This document shows positions 23,751 to 36,845 of a stretch of DNA of 64,000 bases, piece by piece. The notes below the pieces were generated by a model, which saw only the letters and a program-made list of their open reading frames with translations, made no database searches and was not told where the DNA came from. Location: the NCBI GenBank assembly GCA_965649765.1, contig OZ287754.1:37386001-37450000 (forward strand), in the 5' to 3' direction. The stretch comes from Bispira polyomma (Eukaryota). Every line of letters begins with the position of its first letter. Positions within the stretch are counted from its first letter, which is position 1. The translations under genes and the position numbers were made by a program.

Positions 23751-26700
23751 TAAGAAAAAAATAAAAGCCTGTTATATTCCTCTATATTAAAAATTGCAAG
23801 CAGATGTTAACTCTCTGAAAACTGGGATGATTCTGATGAAACTGATGAAAAACAAGTGTGTCACCTTCTTTTTATATTGTCCACTACTGCTCCCATTGTT
23901 TTCTGAGTCATTGCTTTCACTCCCAAGTTATATTTTCTCCTGCCCGTCCTATCATTAATCCTCCCGACTTTTTTGCCACTTCTCCTGAGTTATCTTTACA
24001 ATTGGTAACTTTGTAACAACTTATCTTTGTGACATTCCCAAGTTATCTTTACACTCGGGGCATTTCTAAAGACTTATCCTTAACATTTGACTTGGGAGAA
24101 GTTGAAGATAACTTGTAATGCTTCCAACCAATCGGGAGGTTGCTCCTGACCAATCAAAAGTTATTGGACGATTAAACTTTTTCAAAATGGCTCATTTTAC
24201 TCCTGATTTAGATGCCTATTGGAAAGATAGGTCGTTATAAGGTTAAGACAACTCGTTAGCAGCTTACAATTGAAGCCTATCTTCACAGTCTGGGCTTCCT
24301 AATGACTTATCGGCCGATTCTCCCAAGTTATCTTTAAATTTAGGAAATTGATAATGACTTATCTTTACAGTCAGGGGTTCTTTGCAATTTATCGTGAGGG
24401 ATTGGAGGATTAATCCTTTTCAAAATGGCTAAAATATTCTCCTAATTTCGATGCCAATCAGAAAGATAGGTCATTATAAGGTTAAAATAACTCGTTAGCA
24501 GCTTACGATTGACCCCGATCGACCCCGATCAATCGGCCGCAGATCATCAAATTGCAGGTCTTCTAACATGTTAGTTATTTTTTATGAGTGACCCCGAGTG
24601 TCGGGATAATGAGACAGCCACTTAAGAAATGAAACTTGTAAAAGTCTGGCTCATCATCCATTAGTGAATGTTTAAGAAGAAATATGATTAATTTGTGTAT
24701 TCACCTCATCTGAACAAATTTTTGAATCAAAACGTTAAAATAAGATTTAAAACTATTTATTGATATTCTGGTCTTTATCTCTTAATTTCCTGTTCTGGTA
24801 AATGTATTTGAATATGAATATGCTACAGCATCTCTCTGTTTTTTCTTTGAATCAAGGTAAAAACTAAAAGTGAGCTCTCCAAATGCATTAAATACAAACT
24901 TCACTTAAATCCATGGCATAGTATGTTTTACCCTGGTGACAAACAACCACATAAACAAACTAACTGGACAAAAAGTTAACTTCCTTGGTGATTCTTTGAG
25001 GCATGTCATCACTCATACAATATTAATTATAAATATTAAATCTAGATAGGCACTTGGTAGAATGCATACCTCTATTATGGCTCCATAGGTACCAACAGGT
25101 GCACAGACCCTTTATCCAGCCTCCTACCCAAATCCAATCCAAAATGTAGAAAATTACCATTAAGCCAGTGCCCCATTACTCCACAAAATTTTATGTAAAC
25201 AACGAAATGTATAAATGTATGTCTTAGTAAAGGTAAATATATGTTATGGCAAAATACAAACACTTCTACGTGACTTATATAGTTGTGTATCATGATTTTA
25301 ACCCAGATATGTTTATAAAGGATAGGCAACCAGACTTTAATATTTGGCTCGTCAAAGATATTTTTAATACTTTATTACATATAATTCCCATTTAAAGAAC
25401 ACCAACACTAATGCACTTGACAGTAAAACATGGACATAACTTAATAGTAATTGTGTGGGATTTTGAAGGAAGTTCCACTGGCACTGTTTGAAAAGGATAC
25501 AAATGGGTAGGTCATCGTCTTGGATTGCAGGTGCTCACTTTAATGCATCAAGCATAAAATGTCTCAGATGTAACAAAAGGAGTCTGCTGCGGTCTAGAAG
25601 GAGTTGAAACATAATCCTAGCTACAAGTAATACAAAACAAACCTGGCTCAGTAATAAAAATTGGTGTGTTGACGCATGCTTAAAACTTTGTCATAAAAAC
25701 ACTGATTATTGTCATTAATACAACACACTGCTCTTTTTGTAATTGGAGTAAGAAATTCATTTCAGTAGCTTATAACGTTTTACTGCCGATATGAAGAAAA
25801 CTATTTTTAAAAGTTGACTGGTTTTATAGTTTATTATTGTTAAAAGATGCATCTAACTTTTATTTTCAGTGGGGATAAGTTTCACTTTTCCAGTCATTAA
25901 CAAAAAATAAATCTTAGTCAAAAGCTTTTATTAATACAGTATGTTAATGATGGATACAGCAGATAATGATTGTCACTGTGGAACAAAATAATTAATCTCA
26001 ACTAGGGTCATTATTATTTTAAAAAGCTGAGACTCAGACTCAACTCAAATGAAGGCTACAATTAAGTCAATATATACAGAAATAACCTATATTCTTGTCA
26101 ATTTTATCTTAAATAATAATATTTTACTTGTCACTCTAGTCAGAGATAGAGAGAAATCAGATTTTCAGATAAGAGTTCTGAAGAGTCATGGCCACTAGAT
26201 GGGGTTGCTGTTGGTTTATGGACTATCAAGCTGGCAACGAAAATATGAATGGCTTTATTTAAAGCTTGCTGGTGGTGAAAACCATCCAAATCTACAGGAA
26301 CGAACACATGAAGTAGTATAAATTGATCACCCACGTAATTCCATTGAATCGGTCTTATTTCTTTGTGAAGCTAGTAAAAGGTACAGTGAAGCAGACATAA
26401 TAAAAATACTGTCCAGGACATCTTGAGATTTAACATTTCTATAATAGGTAATGCTTGTCATTTTACCGGAAAAAAATTACCTCTGTAATTGATTGAGGGG
26501 AAAATGAGATTCCACCTGAGCACACAAAAGTTAAGTACCACCAGACTCATTTGGTAAATGATCCTCATGGCCTGATGCTGTAAAACCAAATGAATGAGAT
26601 GAGTTTTAGAGGCTGTTTTAATGACTCCATTAGTACCTTTGCTCTTAAGGTATTATTTGTTTTATGCAATTGAAACTAGCAGTTGGGAATATATATATAT

Positions 26701-27529
26701 ATTGTATTCTACTTTCTACATTTCTATACACACAATAAAATCTTTAATCATTTAGAATTTTTATGAACTTGAGTTGGAGGTTAACCTTATCAAACTTATG
26801 AACCTAAATCAAACTTATGAGTTTAAGTATCTAAGAATAGGATAACCATAACTTACAGTTTTAAAGTTTACAAGAGTTTAAGGTTACCATAAGTTAAACT
26901 TAAAAGTTTAACTATCCAATAATATAGTAACCTAATGTTTAAACTTTTAACGTAATGTCTTTGATCTTAAGTCAATCTTAAGTTAAAGTTATAGTAAGTT
27001 GAGATTACCAAATTTGAATTAAGGTGGCTTTAAAATTAGTTATATTTGAATAGTAAAATAACATGTATATTCGGAGGAAAAAAAGATCACCAAGACCTAG
27101 CGCATTTTCTGTTTCTCGCCAATAGCACTAGTAAGAATATATCTATGAAGATATCAATTTTTAGCCAGTGCCCCTGGTTTGGGTGCCTATGGAAGGGTAA
27201 TCAATATTAACAAAGACTTATTCCTTATAAATGCACAAGCAGTTCTAGTGTGATATTGTGTGCAACTCCATCGAGTTGGATTACGACTCAGTCATAATGG
27301 ACCAGATCAAATAATGAACCAGTCCGCTAGGGGACATTAGCCAATCACAGCAAGCGGCTGCCTATGTAAACAGCAGCACGGGCTGTTTGACTTCATTATT
27401 TCAAGTATTTTTAAGCGGGAAGCATTTCTCTCTATTTTTATAGTGATAATTTTAAACTGTCCGTCATACGCTTGTTAACTCCTTGCGGGGTAAAACATAG
27501 TAATGACTAGTGTGGACATTCATAGCACA

Positions 27530-29170
27530 GAAAAGTCAGTTTTTGTAAAAAATGCGAATGTGAGCATGAGAGGCCAGTGGGCTTGAATGTACCAGAAAGA
27601 ACATGGCTGCCGCAGGTAAACCCGCGGATATGAAGGAGGTGGGGAGACAAGATCTTGTCCACAAGAATGTAAATGAGACTGCAAAACAAAGTGATGTGGC
27701 CATGGCAACGTTTATGTCTACCATTCAAAGTTTTGATGAGCAGCTGGGAGCAATGGAAAAATGCATGGTCGATATGGCGGCGGGAGTGGACAAGCCTCGC
27801 AGGACTTCAGATAAGAGGCATAACGAGAGCACGGGGGAACATGGAGAGTCTGAAATTAAGGATAAAAAGAACAGACACAGACAATTAGTAGGGGATGTTG
27901 ACCAAGGTCAAGTCACAGAAGTACAGTCTGAGTTACAGATGAAACAGACTTTCATTGATACAGCTGTAGTATTCAAGGAACCCACACTCAAGGCTTGTAA
28001 GATGCAGACCCCCAAAGTAAAAAAAAACAAGGCAGGGGAGGAGTTGGTTTTCATAGACAGCAGTGAAATCTCGGTCATACAACCCGATGTCTCGCAAGAC
28101 GTGAGTTACAGGCAAGCAGGGGATACACAAAATACTTACATTAATGCCCCTGTTATGAAGCACAGTTACCAGCCGATACAACATAACGTGGCTTGGGGTG
28201 GAAGAACCCTAGCTCAGACGGGAATGCCTGTACAGTCCATGGGAGGCAAGAAGATACAACGGGATTTTAACTTTAACACAGTGATTTAGGGGCGCCAGTG
28301 CAGGTGCAAGGGATGGTCAATGCTACAGCAGCTGCTGCTAGCGCTCCAGTGGCACCCTGGAGAGGAACAGTCACTGACACAGTGACACCAGTACTAACTT
28401 TGGCAGGGACGTCCTGGGGTGACCAGGAACAGGGGCAGACCGGTGACTCTCTCTCTCTCTCTCTCTCGAGGCTTTGAGGAACAACCCGGATGTCCAAAAG
28501 CTTGTGGACGAAAAAATTGCTGTGCTAGAAACAAGGATGAGGCTGGAGCTTCAGCAAGGTACGAAAAGGAAGAAGAGTGGCCGTTTCAACACGACTGACA
28601 AGCCAAGCCATGTGGCACACCTCAGGTGGCCAAATGAAGCATGTTTAATAGGGCCAAATCGTAAACGAAACACCTACGACGAGTTATCTCTGGGTCAGTT
28701 TGTAATTGGGAGTATTAGAAATGCACTTAATACTACTGATGTGGCGATGGCTCGGCTCATGTTGAGGTAATTGCTTGAGACAGTACAATTGGCCGAAAAC
28801 CTATATTGGCCAATTGCAAAGGGAGCCCTTGCTGCGTCAATGCATCAGGAGAGGAGGAGAAGCTGGATTGGGAGAACACAAGGGCCTGGGGGGAGAATAA
28901 AATGACTTTTATGCAGAGTGTCGTCTTCAACGGCTCAGTTACCATGCAACCGAAATCGCACACCATGAGGGCTTCTAGCACCCAAGCAAAAGCAGAGAAA
29001 GTCAAGTGAAAGTATTACAACCAGACCTTGTGTGTACATCAATAAGATCATTCGGATCAGTCAGGGGCCACATTATTCACGTTAGTCACATTTGCAGCTA
29101 CTGTTTCAAGGCCCTGAGGCACGAGAACTCTCATCCCGAGAGCAGTTGTAATATATAATAGAAAACGGTG
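27530..29170 (+). pseudogene. Gag-like ORF of copy 2
   Basis: ORFs 27603-28289 and 28474-28770 are homologous to 53491-54831; N-terminal Cys/His knuckle. Confidence 0.75.
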
Positions 29171-29899
29171 AGCCATGACTAGGATTCAACAGGCTGCAGT
29201 GACATTGAACATAATATCCTATATTCAAATGGTGGTGGGCATTCATGGGTCAATGTCGGTCCTAGTAATTTTTCTTCTAAATTCGGTTCTGATAAAGTTG
29301 TGTCAGCAAACACCTGTTGCTTCAAAGACTTGGCTTCGCAGTGGTGTTGGAGGTGGGCCATTTCTTCATTACAGGCATTTCATGCCAGAGGTTCATTTAA
29401 AAATTCATATAATATTAAAGTGCAACGTTTTGTCGGGCTTCCCCTGTTTGGATGCCCATGTTTCCGGCAGGAAAGAACGACGCCTGTGACGAGGCCAGAT
29501 ATAGACTCCAGCATAAGTACCAGACTGTTTGATAGTAGTTCAGTATGTAATTTGGTTTATTTTCAGTTAAACAGAGATCAACAAGTACTTAAGCAACAGA
29601 CTGATCAGAACAAGGTAGGTAAGGTTTCGGAAAGTGTAAATAACCAGGCTTGTGACCTGGATGATGGCAAAATGGTCAAATGTTTTAGTAAAGATGTTTG
29701 AGTTTTGTCTCTGTATCAACAGTAGCCTCGAAAGGGATGGTTAATAAAGATTATGACTCTCCTGACCCTATGCAGTACAAGCAAATCATTGACAGAGTCA
29801 CTAGACTTTGACTAGCCAAATTATTTGGGTGAGAGCATTCTGTTGCACTCTGATTTTGACCTTCAGTTTTGGGCAGACAACATAGGGGGGGGGGGGGGG

Positions 29900-30830
29900 G
29901 TTTATGCCCAAGCTCTGTGGGATTACATTAGGTTTGGCTTTCCCCTTGGTATTGATTATGAGAAAGTTATTGCGACTCATAAGGGGGGATAATTATTCCG
30001 CTGCTAGGCAATATCCTGCAGCCGTGGACAAATACTTGACCACTGAAATGTCGCAAATGGCTATCATAGGCCCATTTGTAGACGTACCACATGAGAATTT
30101 CACATGTGGTACCCTTATGACTAGACCTAAGGACGTAGACCAACGAAGGGTGATCTTAGATTTGATATTTTGAGACAACTCAGTGAACAGTGAATTTTAG
30201 GATAGACAACACAAAGCTGGGTGAGATTTGGCAAGTATGTAACGACAGTATTCAGGTGACAAAAGTGTCTTTTGGCCAGTTACAGTCATTGCTTGGTAAT
30301 CTTTTGTATGTGTCTCGGTGTGTGCCAGGTTCACCAGTGTTTTTAAATAGGCTGCTTGGACTATTAAGGCAGCATAGACATGATAGGTATTTTGGGCCTA
30401 AACAGGAGTTTTTCTTGGATGTATCTCGTTTTGTGAGATTCTTGAAAAAATTTAATGGGGTTGTTTTTTTTCAAACGAGAACGGCAACAGGTCTTTGTAG
30501 ATTCAACTTTGAAGGGGATATGGGGAGTTTGGCCGGATCACGTTTACTCTGTGGAAATACCGCGAGGTTTGGTGAATACCCAGGCAATTTCTCAATTTGA
30601 ACTGTACAATTTGTTGGTGGCAGTGAGACTCTTGGCTCACAAATTGAAAGATCAAGTCATATGTATTAGGTGTGACAATGCTGCTGCACGTGATCCTTTC
30701 ATGAGTTTGTGTATACGGAATTTGTGGTGATGTGCTTCTATGCACAACATTAATATAACTGTGAAGCATATAGCTGGTTAACATAATGTGTTAGCGGACC
30801 AGTTGTCACGGTCCACCAATGAAAAAGTAA
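29900..30830 (+). pseudogene. RT (internally deleted near 30190) and RNase H remnants of copy 2
   Basis: GPF..P...LMTRPK...RRVILDL joined directly to QLQSLLGNLLYVSRC; ISQFELYNL, IRCDN, ADQLSR. Confidence 0.8.
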
Positions 30831-31014
30831 TCAGAGATTATTGTGATATGGTTGTTGAAACTATCACCAATGACAGAGTGTATATATAAAACAGTTTAGG
30901 ACGTTTTTACCATTTCTCTTCTAGAACGAGATCTCGTTTCCTGCAAATGGGGAGTGTTCTGATGTATTCAGAGTTCTCAACAGCACAGGCTATAACATAC
31001 CGATTAATTAATAT

Positions 31015-31328
31015 TTATGTTTCAGGTATCAGATTGTGTTTGAATATGTATGGTGTGGATATGCAAGTATGGGAACATGTGACTGCATTTCCTCAGCACC
31101 AGGCCAAGGGGTTCAAGGTCAGGAAGACAAGGTAGTTAAATGACAGAATGCGGTAAAACATTTATTTGTTATTATGTTTCAGGTATCAGATTGTGTTTGA
31201 ATATGTATGGTGTGGATATGCAAGTATGGGAACATGTGACTGCATTTCCTCAGCACCAGGCCAAGGGGTTCAAGGTCAGGAAGACAAGGTAGTTAAATGA
31301 CAGAATGCGGTAAAACATTTATTTGTTG
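31015..31328. repeat. Tandem duplication 2 x 157 bp spanning the copy 2/copy 3 junction
   Basis: ttatgtttcaggtatc...catttatttgtt repeated at 31015 and 31172. Confidence 0.95.
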
Positions 31329-31902
31329 TTATACTAAGATGTTAGACTACTACTAATGTATTACTACTATGTACAGGATGAACTTAAGGTTACCGTGAAC
31401 AATTAATTTTAAAAAGGTGACCTTAGGGCCACTTAAAGTGGTAAATGTTTTATTTTAGCATCAGATATAGAAATTTTAGGTAAGGTCACCTCAAACCGAA
31501 ATTAAAGTCCAAATTATTAAGATACTCAGCCAATGGCCGTTACATGAGTAAAGGTGACCTTAAATCCAAAGTTTAATATAGAAGTTACATTGATTTAAAG
31601 TTACTGTACTGTAACATTCAATTATATTTACTGGGTAATGAGTTTACACAAATTTGTTACTGTACTGTAACATTAATAGAATATTAATAACTGGCACAGT
31701 CTTGAAACCCACATAATTACAGCAATTTACAGTTGCAATTTAATTAGAGCAATTTACAGTTGCAATTTGTAATAACTTTAAGACAATTACTAAGTAATAT
31801 CATTAATTTACGTGGGATACTAAGACATAAACTTTAGGACAGAAAAGATGTATTAAGCCTCTGAATTGACTAGAATCAGCCAAACACCAAGACAGTAGGA
31901 AT

Positions 31903-32882
31903 TTAACTAGGAGTAGGGGGAGAGAGGTGAAGCCTGAAGGAGTCAGCTACTTGGTGGCCAGCATCCACCGTGTCCGTGACATACCTCCACACGCAGTCCG
32001 AAGTCCAGGTGCCATGTTTTTGTATGTTTTGAATACTAACATTATGGTTGAAGGCAAAGGTGGCACCTGAATGACGGAATGCATGGAAGGTAAGTCCTGA
32101 ATTTTGTAGTTCCAGTCAAGTTAATACATCTTTTAGGTGTCGACGCACTCTGGTGTCAGTGAGTGGAACCCAGATCTGATTGACTTTAATTTGAAATAGG
32201 GGTGAGTTAGGCTGAGGAGGAGTGAGGGACATAATGGCCTCCAGTGACCCTACAGGACATAATGGAGAACCCGGTAAGCGAGGTACAGTTAAAAGCTTGA
32301 TTTGTTTGTTGTTCTGCATTGTTTTTGACCACTTGATTAGAATAACTGCTTTGGAGGGGTGAATCATGACATCAGCCCTGGGTAGATGTTTCAAGGCAGA
32401 GAATTGGGAAGCAGAGTGTGGCACAAGATTTGATAGTCGCAAGAAAGAGAAATAACTGAGCAAGTATACTGTTTTGAAAATAAGACACATATAGGTTGTA
32501 TTTGTAACAGCAATAATGTCAGTAAGGGTCTTAATATCTATGACCTTTTTGAGTTGAATATTAAGGGGGGCAGCCATTTGTACAGCCTTCTGGTAATAGG
32601 CTATTCGAGGGTCACTGAAGGCCTGAACTTGGACATTATGCACAATGGATTCGGCTCTAATGGCACATAAATAGTTGGCCATATAACAGAATTAAAGTGT
32701 AACACCTCCAGGAAACATAAATGGTCAAACACAGTCACCTGATTTATGGGCCGTTCCATGAATGCAGCATAAGTCAAGTAGACTCTGTACATGGTTCTGT
32801 AGGATCTAGCAGTGGACCTACAGAAAGCCAGGTGCAGTTTCCTCACAGCATTGTCATATAGTACCTTTTGGACTGGGTTCGC
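31903..32882 (-). pseudogene. Tyrosine recombinase of copy 3
   Basis: FLRLSNLVP, LCPV, TDTRVRRHLK, HAFRHSGAT, HGTWTSD; stops and frameshifts. Confidence 0.92.
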
Positions 32883-32917
32883 CTGTGAAACACAATAGTT
32901 ACAAGAAGTATGGTGTG

Positions 32918-33520
32918 CTATATGTTTTTATTAATTAGTAAGTGTTGTTCGGTCACAGGACACCATTGGACTGGCCCTGCAAGATCATGTAAATGAATAT
33001 GATTTTCAGTGGTATCCTCCCATCTGGACAGCAGGTCGGCTGTTTTGTTTTGGTCACCTAGTATGTGTATGACTTTTAGTTCAACGTCATACTGACTGGC
33101 TAACATAGATATGTTCCGTGAATACAATGCAAGAACACAGTCCCTAGCTCTGCCATCGGTGAGAACGCTCACCACTGCTTGATTGTCGCACTTTATGAGC
33201 ACCTTATGACCCTGCCATTGTTCTGCCCACAACTTAAGAGCCACATAAATATTCAACATCTCCAAAGAAGCAATGTTTTGCTGTCGTAATTGAGCAGGTA
33301 TAGGTAATATATAAACTTTCTGTCAATAGATTCCCCCCATGCCTGTAAGACATGCATCTAATTCCACCAGATTAGTGGTGGGGTCATGGTGGAAAAAAAG
33401 AGACACCGTTAAATTGTTTGAGGAATGTTCGAAACCAAGTCAAATCTCTTTGGAACCCTTCAGTGACTTTGAAACGGCTGCTCTCATGATTACTTCTGAG
33501 GAGATGAAGCATTCTGTTTA
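32918..33520 (-). pseudogene. RNase H of copy 3
   Basis: DACLTGMGG, LEMLNI, KCDNQAVV, ADLLSRW. Confidence 0.9.
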
Positions 33521-34812
33521 AAAAAAAATCTTAAATATTTTACACATTTAGATATGTAAAGGAGGGACCCCATTAAACACTGGAGCTCCCTTTTTGTGCA
33601 GTATTTTTTGCCAGCCCAATTTTCGCACATGGCTTGGATATTTTGTAGTTTCTTCTCTGGGATCGAGGTGGTGTATTCCACCGTGTCTATTTCAATGCCA
33701 AGACATGTTACCCGTGTTGCAGGGGAAACTAGTTTTTTGTCACTTAGAGTCAAGCCTAGCTCAGCTAATAGGGCTTGAAGCCAGTGATATGTGTGGTATA
33801 TTTTTGACGGAATGGAGCAGCAAAGGAAGTTGTCTATGTAGTTGGTAATATAGTGGCCTTCCGTTTGCATTATGTACCTAATACCATCCGATAAACGCTG
33901 AAAAATAGCCGAGCCATGCTTGTACCCAAAGGGCAGTGAACCATCTACATAGTAACCGTTCCAGAGGAGCCATAGCAAGTTAAGATCCTTTGGATCCATG
34001 GTTACGTGCCTGAATGCACGGCAGACGTCAGCTTTAAAGATTAAAGAACCCCTACCCATGTTAATGACCTGAGAAGTTAGCACATCAATTGATGGGTAAG
34101 TGAGTAAAAACTCTTTGCCAAGGTAGGAAGTGGGGCATACAGCCGCGTTAACCGAGTGGCCTTCAGGCCAGCTCAGATCAATGATCACCCGACGGTTTGT
34201 TGAACTCAATTTTTCCCGGGTCATCAACGGGAAATTGTGCAAATTTAAAATTGGTGGCACCTCAAAGGGACCATACATGGCCCCTAACTTACATTCTTCC
34301 TTCAGGTAGTGACTCACGTTGGTGGGATGTTGTTCAGCAGAATTGTGGTTCTTAAGCTCAGACTTAAAGTCATGGTTTTCAACACAGTCAAGAGGGAATC
34401 CGTACTTAATTAATAAGGGGAGTTCCCAGTCCCAATAGTCTTTCAAGTAACTTTCCCATACAGGGGCATTAAGTTGAGAAACCATGGGAACCTGCAGGCC
34501 CCTGTAGTTAGGACGCCCATCGAGTTTAAGATATTTATGGAGTGTGAACACATACATTTTTACTGGTTGATTAGGTTTATCTGTTATGGGTTTTCCCCAA
34601 GACTCGAGTGGAATAAAACCAAATTTACCACAGTTTTGTATGTCCCACAGCTTATAGGTATCACATTGTCTTGCGTCATTAAGACATCGTCTTTTGTCAG
34701 CAGATTTTTGTACTGCCAAAGCATACTTGTCATCAGAGTCAATTAAACCAGTCTGTTTACTAGTCTTGGTCAACGTGTTAACCTCTTTTGTTATTTTGTT
34801 ATCCCCACACAA
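33490..34812 (-). pseudogene. Reverse transcriptase of copy 3
   Basis: RRVIIDLSWP, KADVCRAF, LPFG, NYIDNF (second catalytic Asp changed to Asn). Confidence 0.95.
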
Positions 34813-35399
34813 TAGTTGCTGTCACTTTCACTCACCACCTCCACCTCGGGTAAGTCCAGCAAAGCATATCTATTGTGGAGTTCTAATTGAAAGGGGGAAC
34901 ACCCAGTTCTTTTGTTGGCACTCGCCGCCTGAACCCCCCAGAGGGGGACAATTGGTCATCTCCTCCAGGAGATTTCTTTGTGGGGGGAGAGCGCCGACCA
35001 CATGTTAATTGATTTCTGACACCTTGTTTACTAGTGGTGCTAAGACCTTTGTTGTTGACCTTTTCCTGACTGGCAAGTTTGTTGGGGGAGAGCAAGGTTT
35101 TGTTTAAAGTTGTACTTTTCCTAACTTTATTAATTGCAACGCTTTTAACTTTGTAAACATTTTCTTTCTCGTTTTTTGCTGGGAAATTTGCTCCCCTTTT
35201 AACTCCCCCAATTTCGCTCACAGTCAAGCTTTTCCTGACAAGATTTGAACTACCTCGGTTCACTAACACGTCCTTATAGGACCTGTTTTTGTTTTTAGAA
35301 CATATATAGTGGTTAAAATACATTTTGTCACACAATTTAAACTCCTTAAACTCTAATTATATATGAATTATATACAACCCTGGAGAACACAGGATTTTC

Positions 35400-36160
35400 C
35401 ACTGCACTTCTGCAGTGGCTTACTAGTTTTTTGACACCCCCTTTTTGTACACAGTTTAGTCTGGTGAGAACCTTCACATGTTTCACAACAGTGTTTAAAC
35501 CATTGGCCGGAAGTCCGGTGACTGGCATTAAACTTGCAAATACCCTCCTGGTAAAAACGGCAATTTATCCCTGAGGTTTTCGCCTGAGATTTACTTTTAA
35601 TACAAGAACTATTCTTGGACATAGTTGTGCCATTAGAATTTTGAGAGATGTGACGCTGGGCGTGGGCCCTGCGTATGCGATCAACTTTATCCGTCCACTT
35701 GAGATGGTCTCATTCCATATTTGTCAAAAGTATGGCATGAGAAGCTTTGGCTGCGTCCCACGAAAAATCGTGGGCATCATCCAACAAATTCGCTAAATAT
35801 TCAAGCATAGCTTCCTTCACCTCGGGTACCTTTTGCTCTTGAACACATCGTATAAACCCAGAAGTAAACTGAACTAGGGACAAGTCATCATAAGTGAGAC
35901 GTACTTTCTTTGCACCTGATAATACAAAATTTTGTGGCCAATCCATGCAACGTTTAATGGAGGCCTCAGTACCACCTCTCTATGATTTCAATTTACCTCC
36001 AGTCAGCTCATTTAATTGTTGTAACTGGAGTAACCGCTGGTCTACTTGTGACTGCAAACTTTGGTTTGACCTTAGAAAATCTAGGTACGGTACAACTGAC
36101 TCTACTACGGGTTCTACCACATTGTTACAGACATTTAAAGCAACATTAGTATCATTACAC
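35400..36160 (-). pseudogene. 3' half of gag of copy 3
   Basis: WPQNFVL, YDDLSLVQF, WDAAKASHAILL, CRFYQEGIC..H..HCCETCEGSH..C. Confidence 0.85.
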
Positions 36161-36845
36161 CATTACACGTTTTCTAAGGGCTGTAAAAATCACAGGGGCT
36201 AGGAGTGTGAATAAGAAGGGATTCTTCTCTTTGGAAACTAATAGGCAGATTTCTGAGGCTTGTGCAGTTTTCGAGAGTTCAAAGGCCTATAGGGCAGCTT
36301 TCCTTGTAGCATTCTATGGGTTCCTCAGGATTTTGAATGTGGCCCCAGTGAGGGCAGTAGATTTTGATAAAGAGAGACATATTTCTAGGGGAGGATGTAC
36401 AGTTGGCCCCCCGGGGTTTATTTAACATTAAAGTGGGCGAAAAACATGCAAGAACAGGATCAGTCACTTGTCAATACTTGCCAAGGGTAAGGAATCCTTT
36501 ATGTGTCCTGTACAGGCATTGCAAGCTCTACTCTCGTCAACGAAACTTCCCCAGTCAGACCCTTTGTTTGTGGATGACAGTTATCATCTAAAAACCCAGT
36601 CAATGTTAAGAAGGCGTTTGGCTTCTATTCTTAGAATTATTGAAATACCATTACAATGCCATGGGTTTCACACCTTTAGGAGATCTGCTGCTACTTTGGC
36701 CTTTGATGCCAATATCCCAATGGACAATATTCGTTTGCATGGGGTTTGGAGAAGTAACCCGGTTTGGGCCCATATCAAACAAAATTCTCACCAAGTTCAA
36801 TTATTGCCAAACACCTTCTTTCACATTGTCAATTCTGGCTTTTAA
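36161..36845 (+). pseudogene. C-terminal part of the copy 2 tyrosine recombinase
   Basis: FYGFLRILNV, MCPVQAL, HGFHTFRRSAAT, HGVWRS; the catalytic Tyr position reads WAHI. Confidence 0.9.

Larger units (their letters stand above)
21719..24610 (+). mobile_element. Decayed autonomous PIF/Harbinger DNA transposon (right end approximate)
   Basis: Convergent transposase (+) and Myb/SANT-like (-) ORFs; left end TAA|agccaccgcgacact; subterminal ttatctttaca/aagataggtc repeats at both ends. Confidence 0.8.
31084..36160 (-). mobile_element. YR retrotransposon copy 3 (family 1), 5'-truncated within gag, single B region, nested in the YR gene of copy 2
   Basis: gag remnant-RT-RH-YR similar to copy 1. 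Removing it restores the copy 2 reading frame VWEHVT|ITRFLRAVK. Confidence 0.9.
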
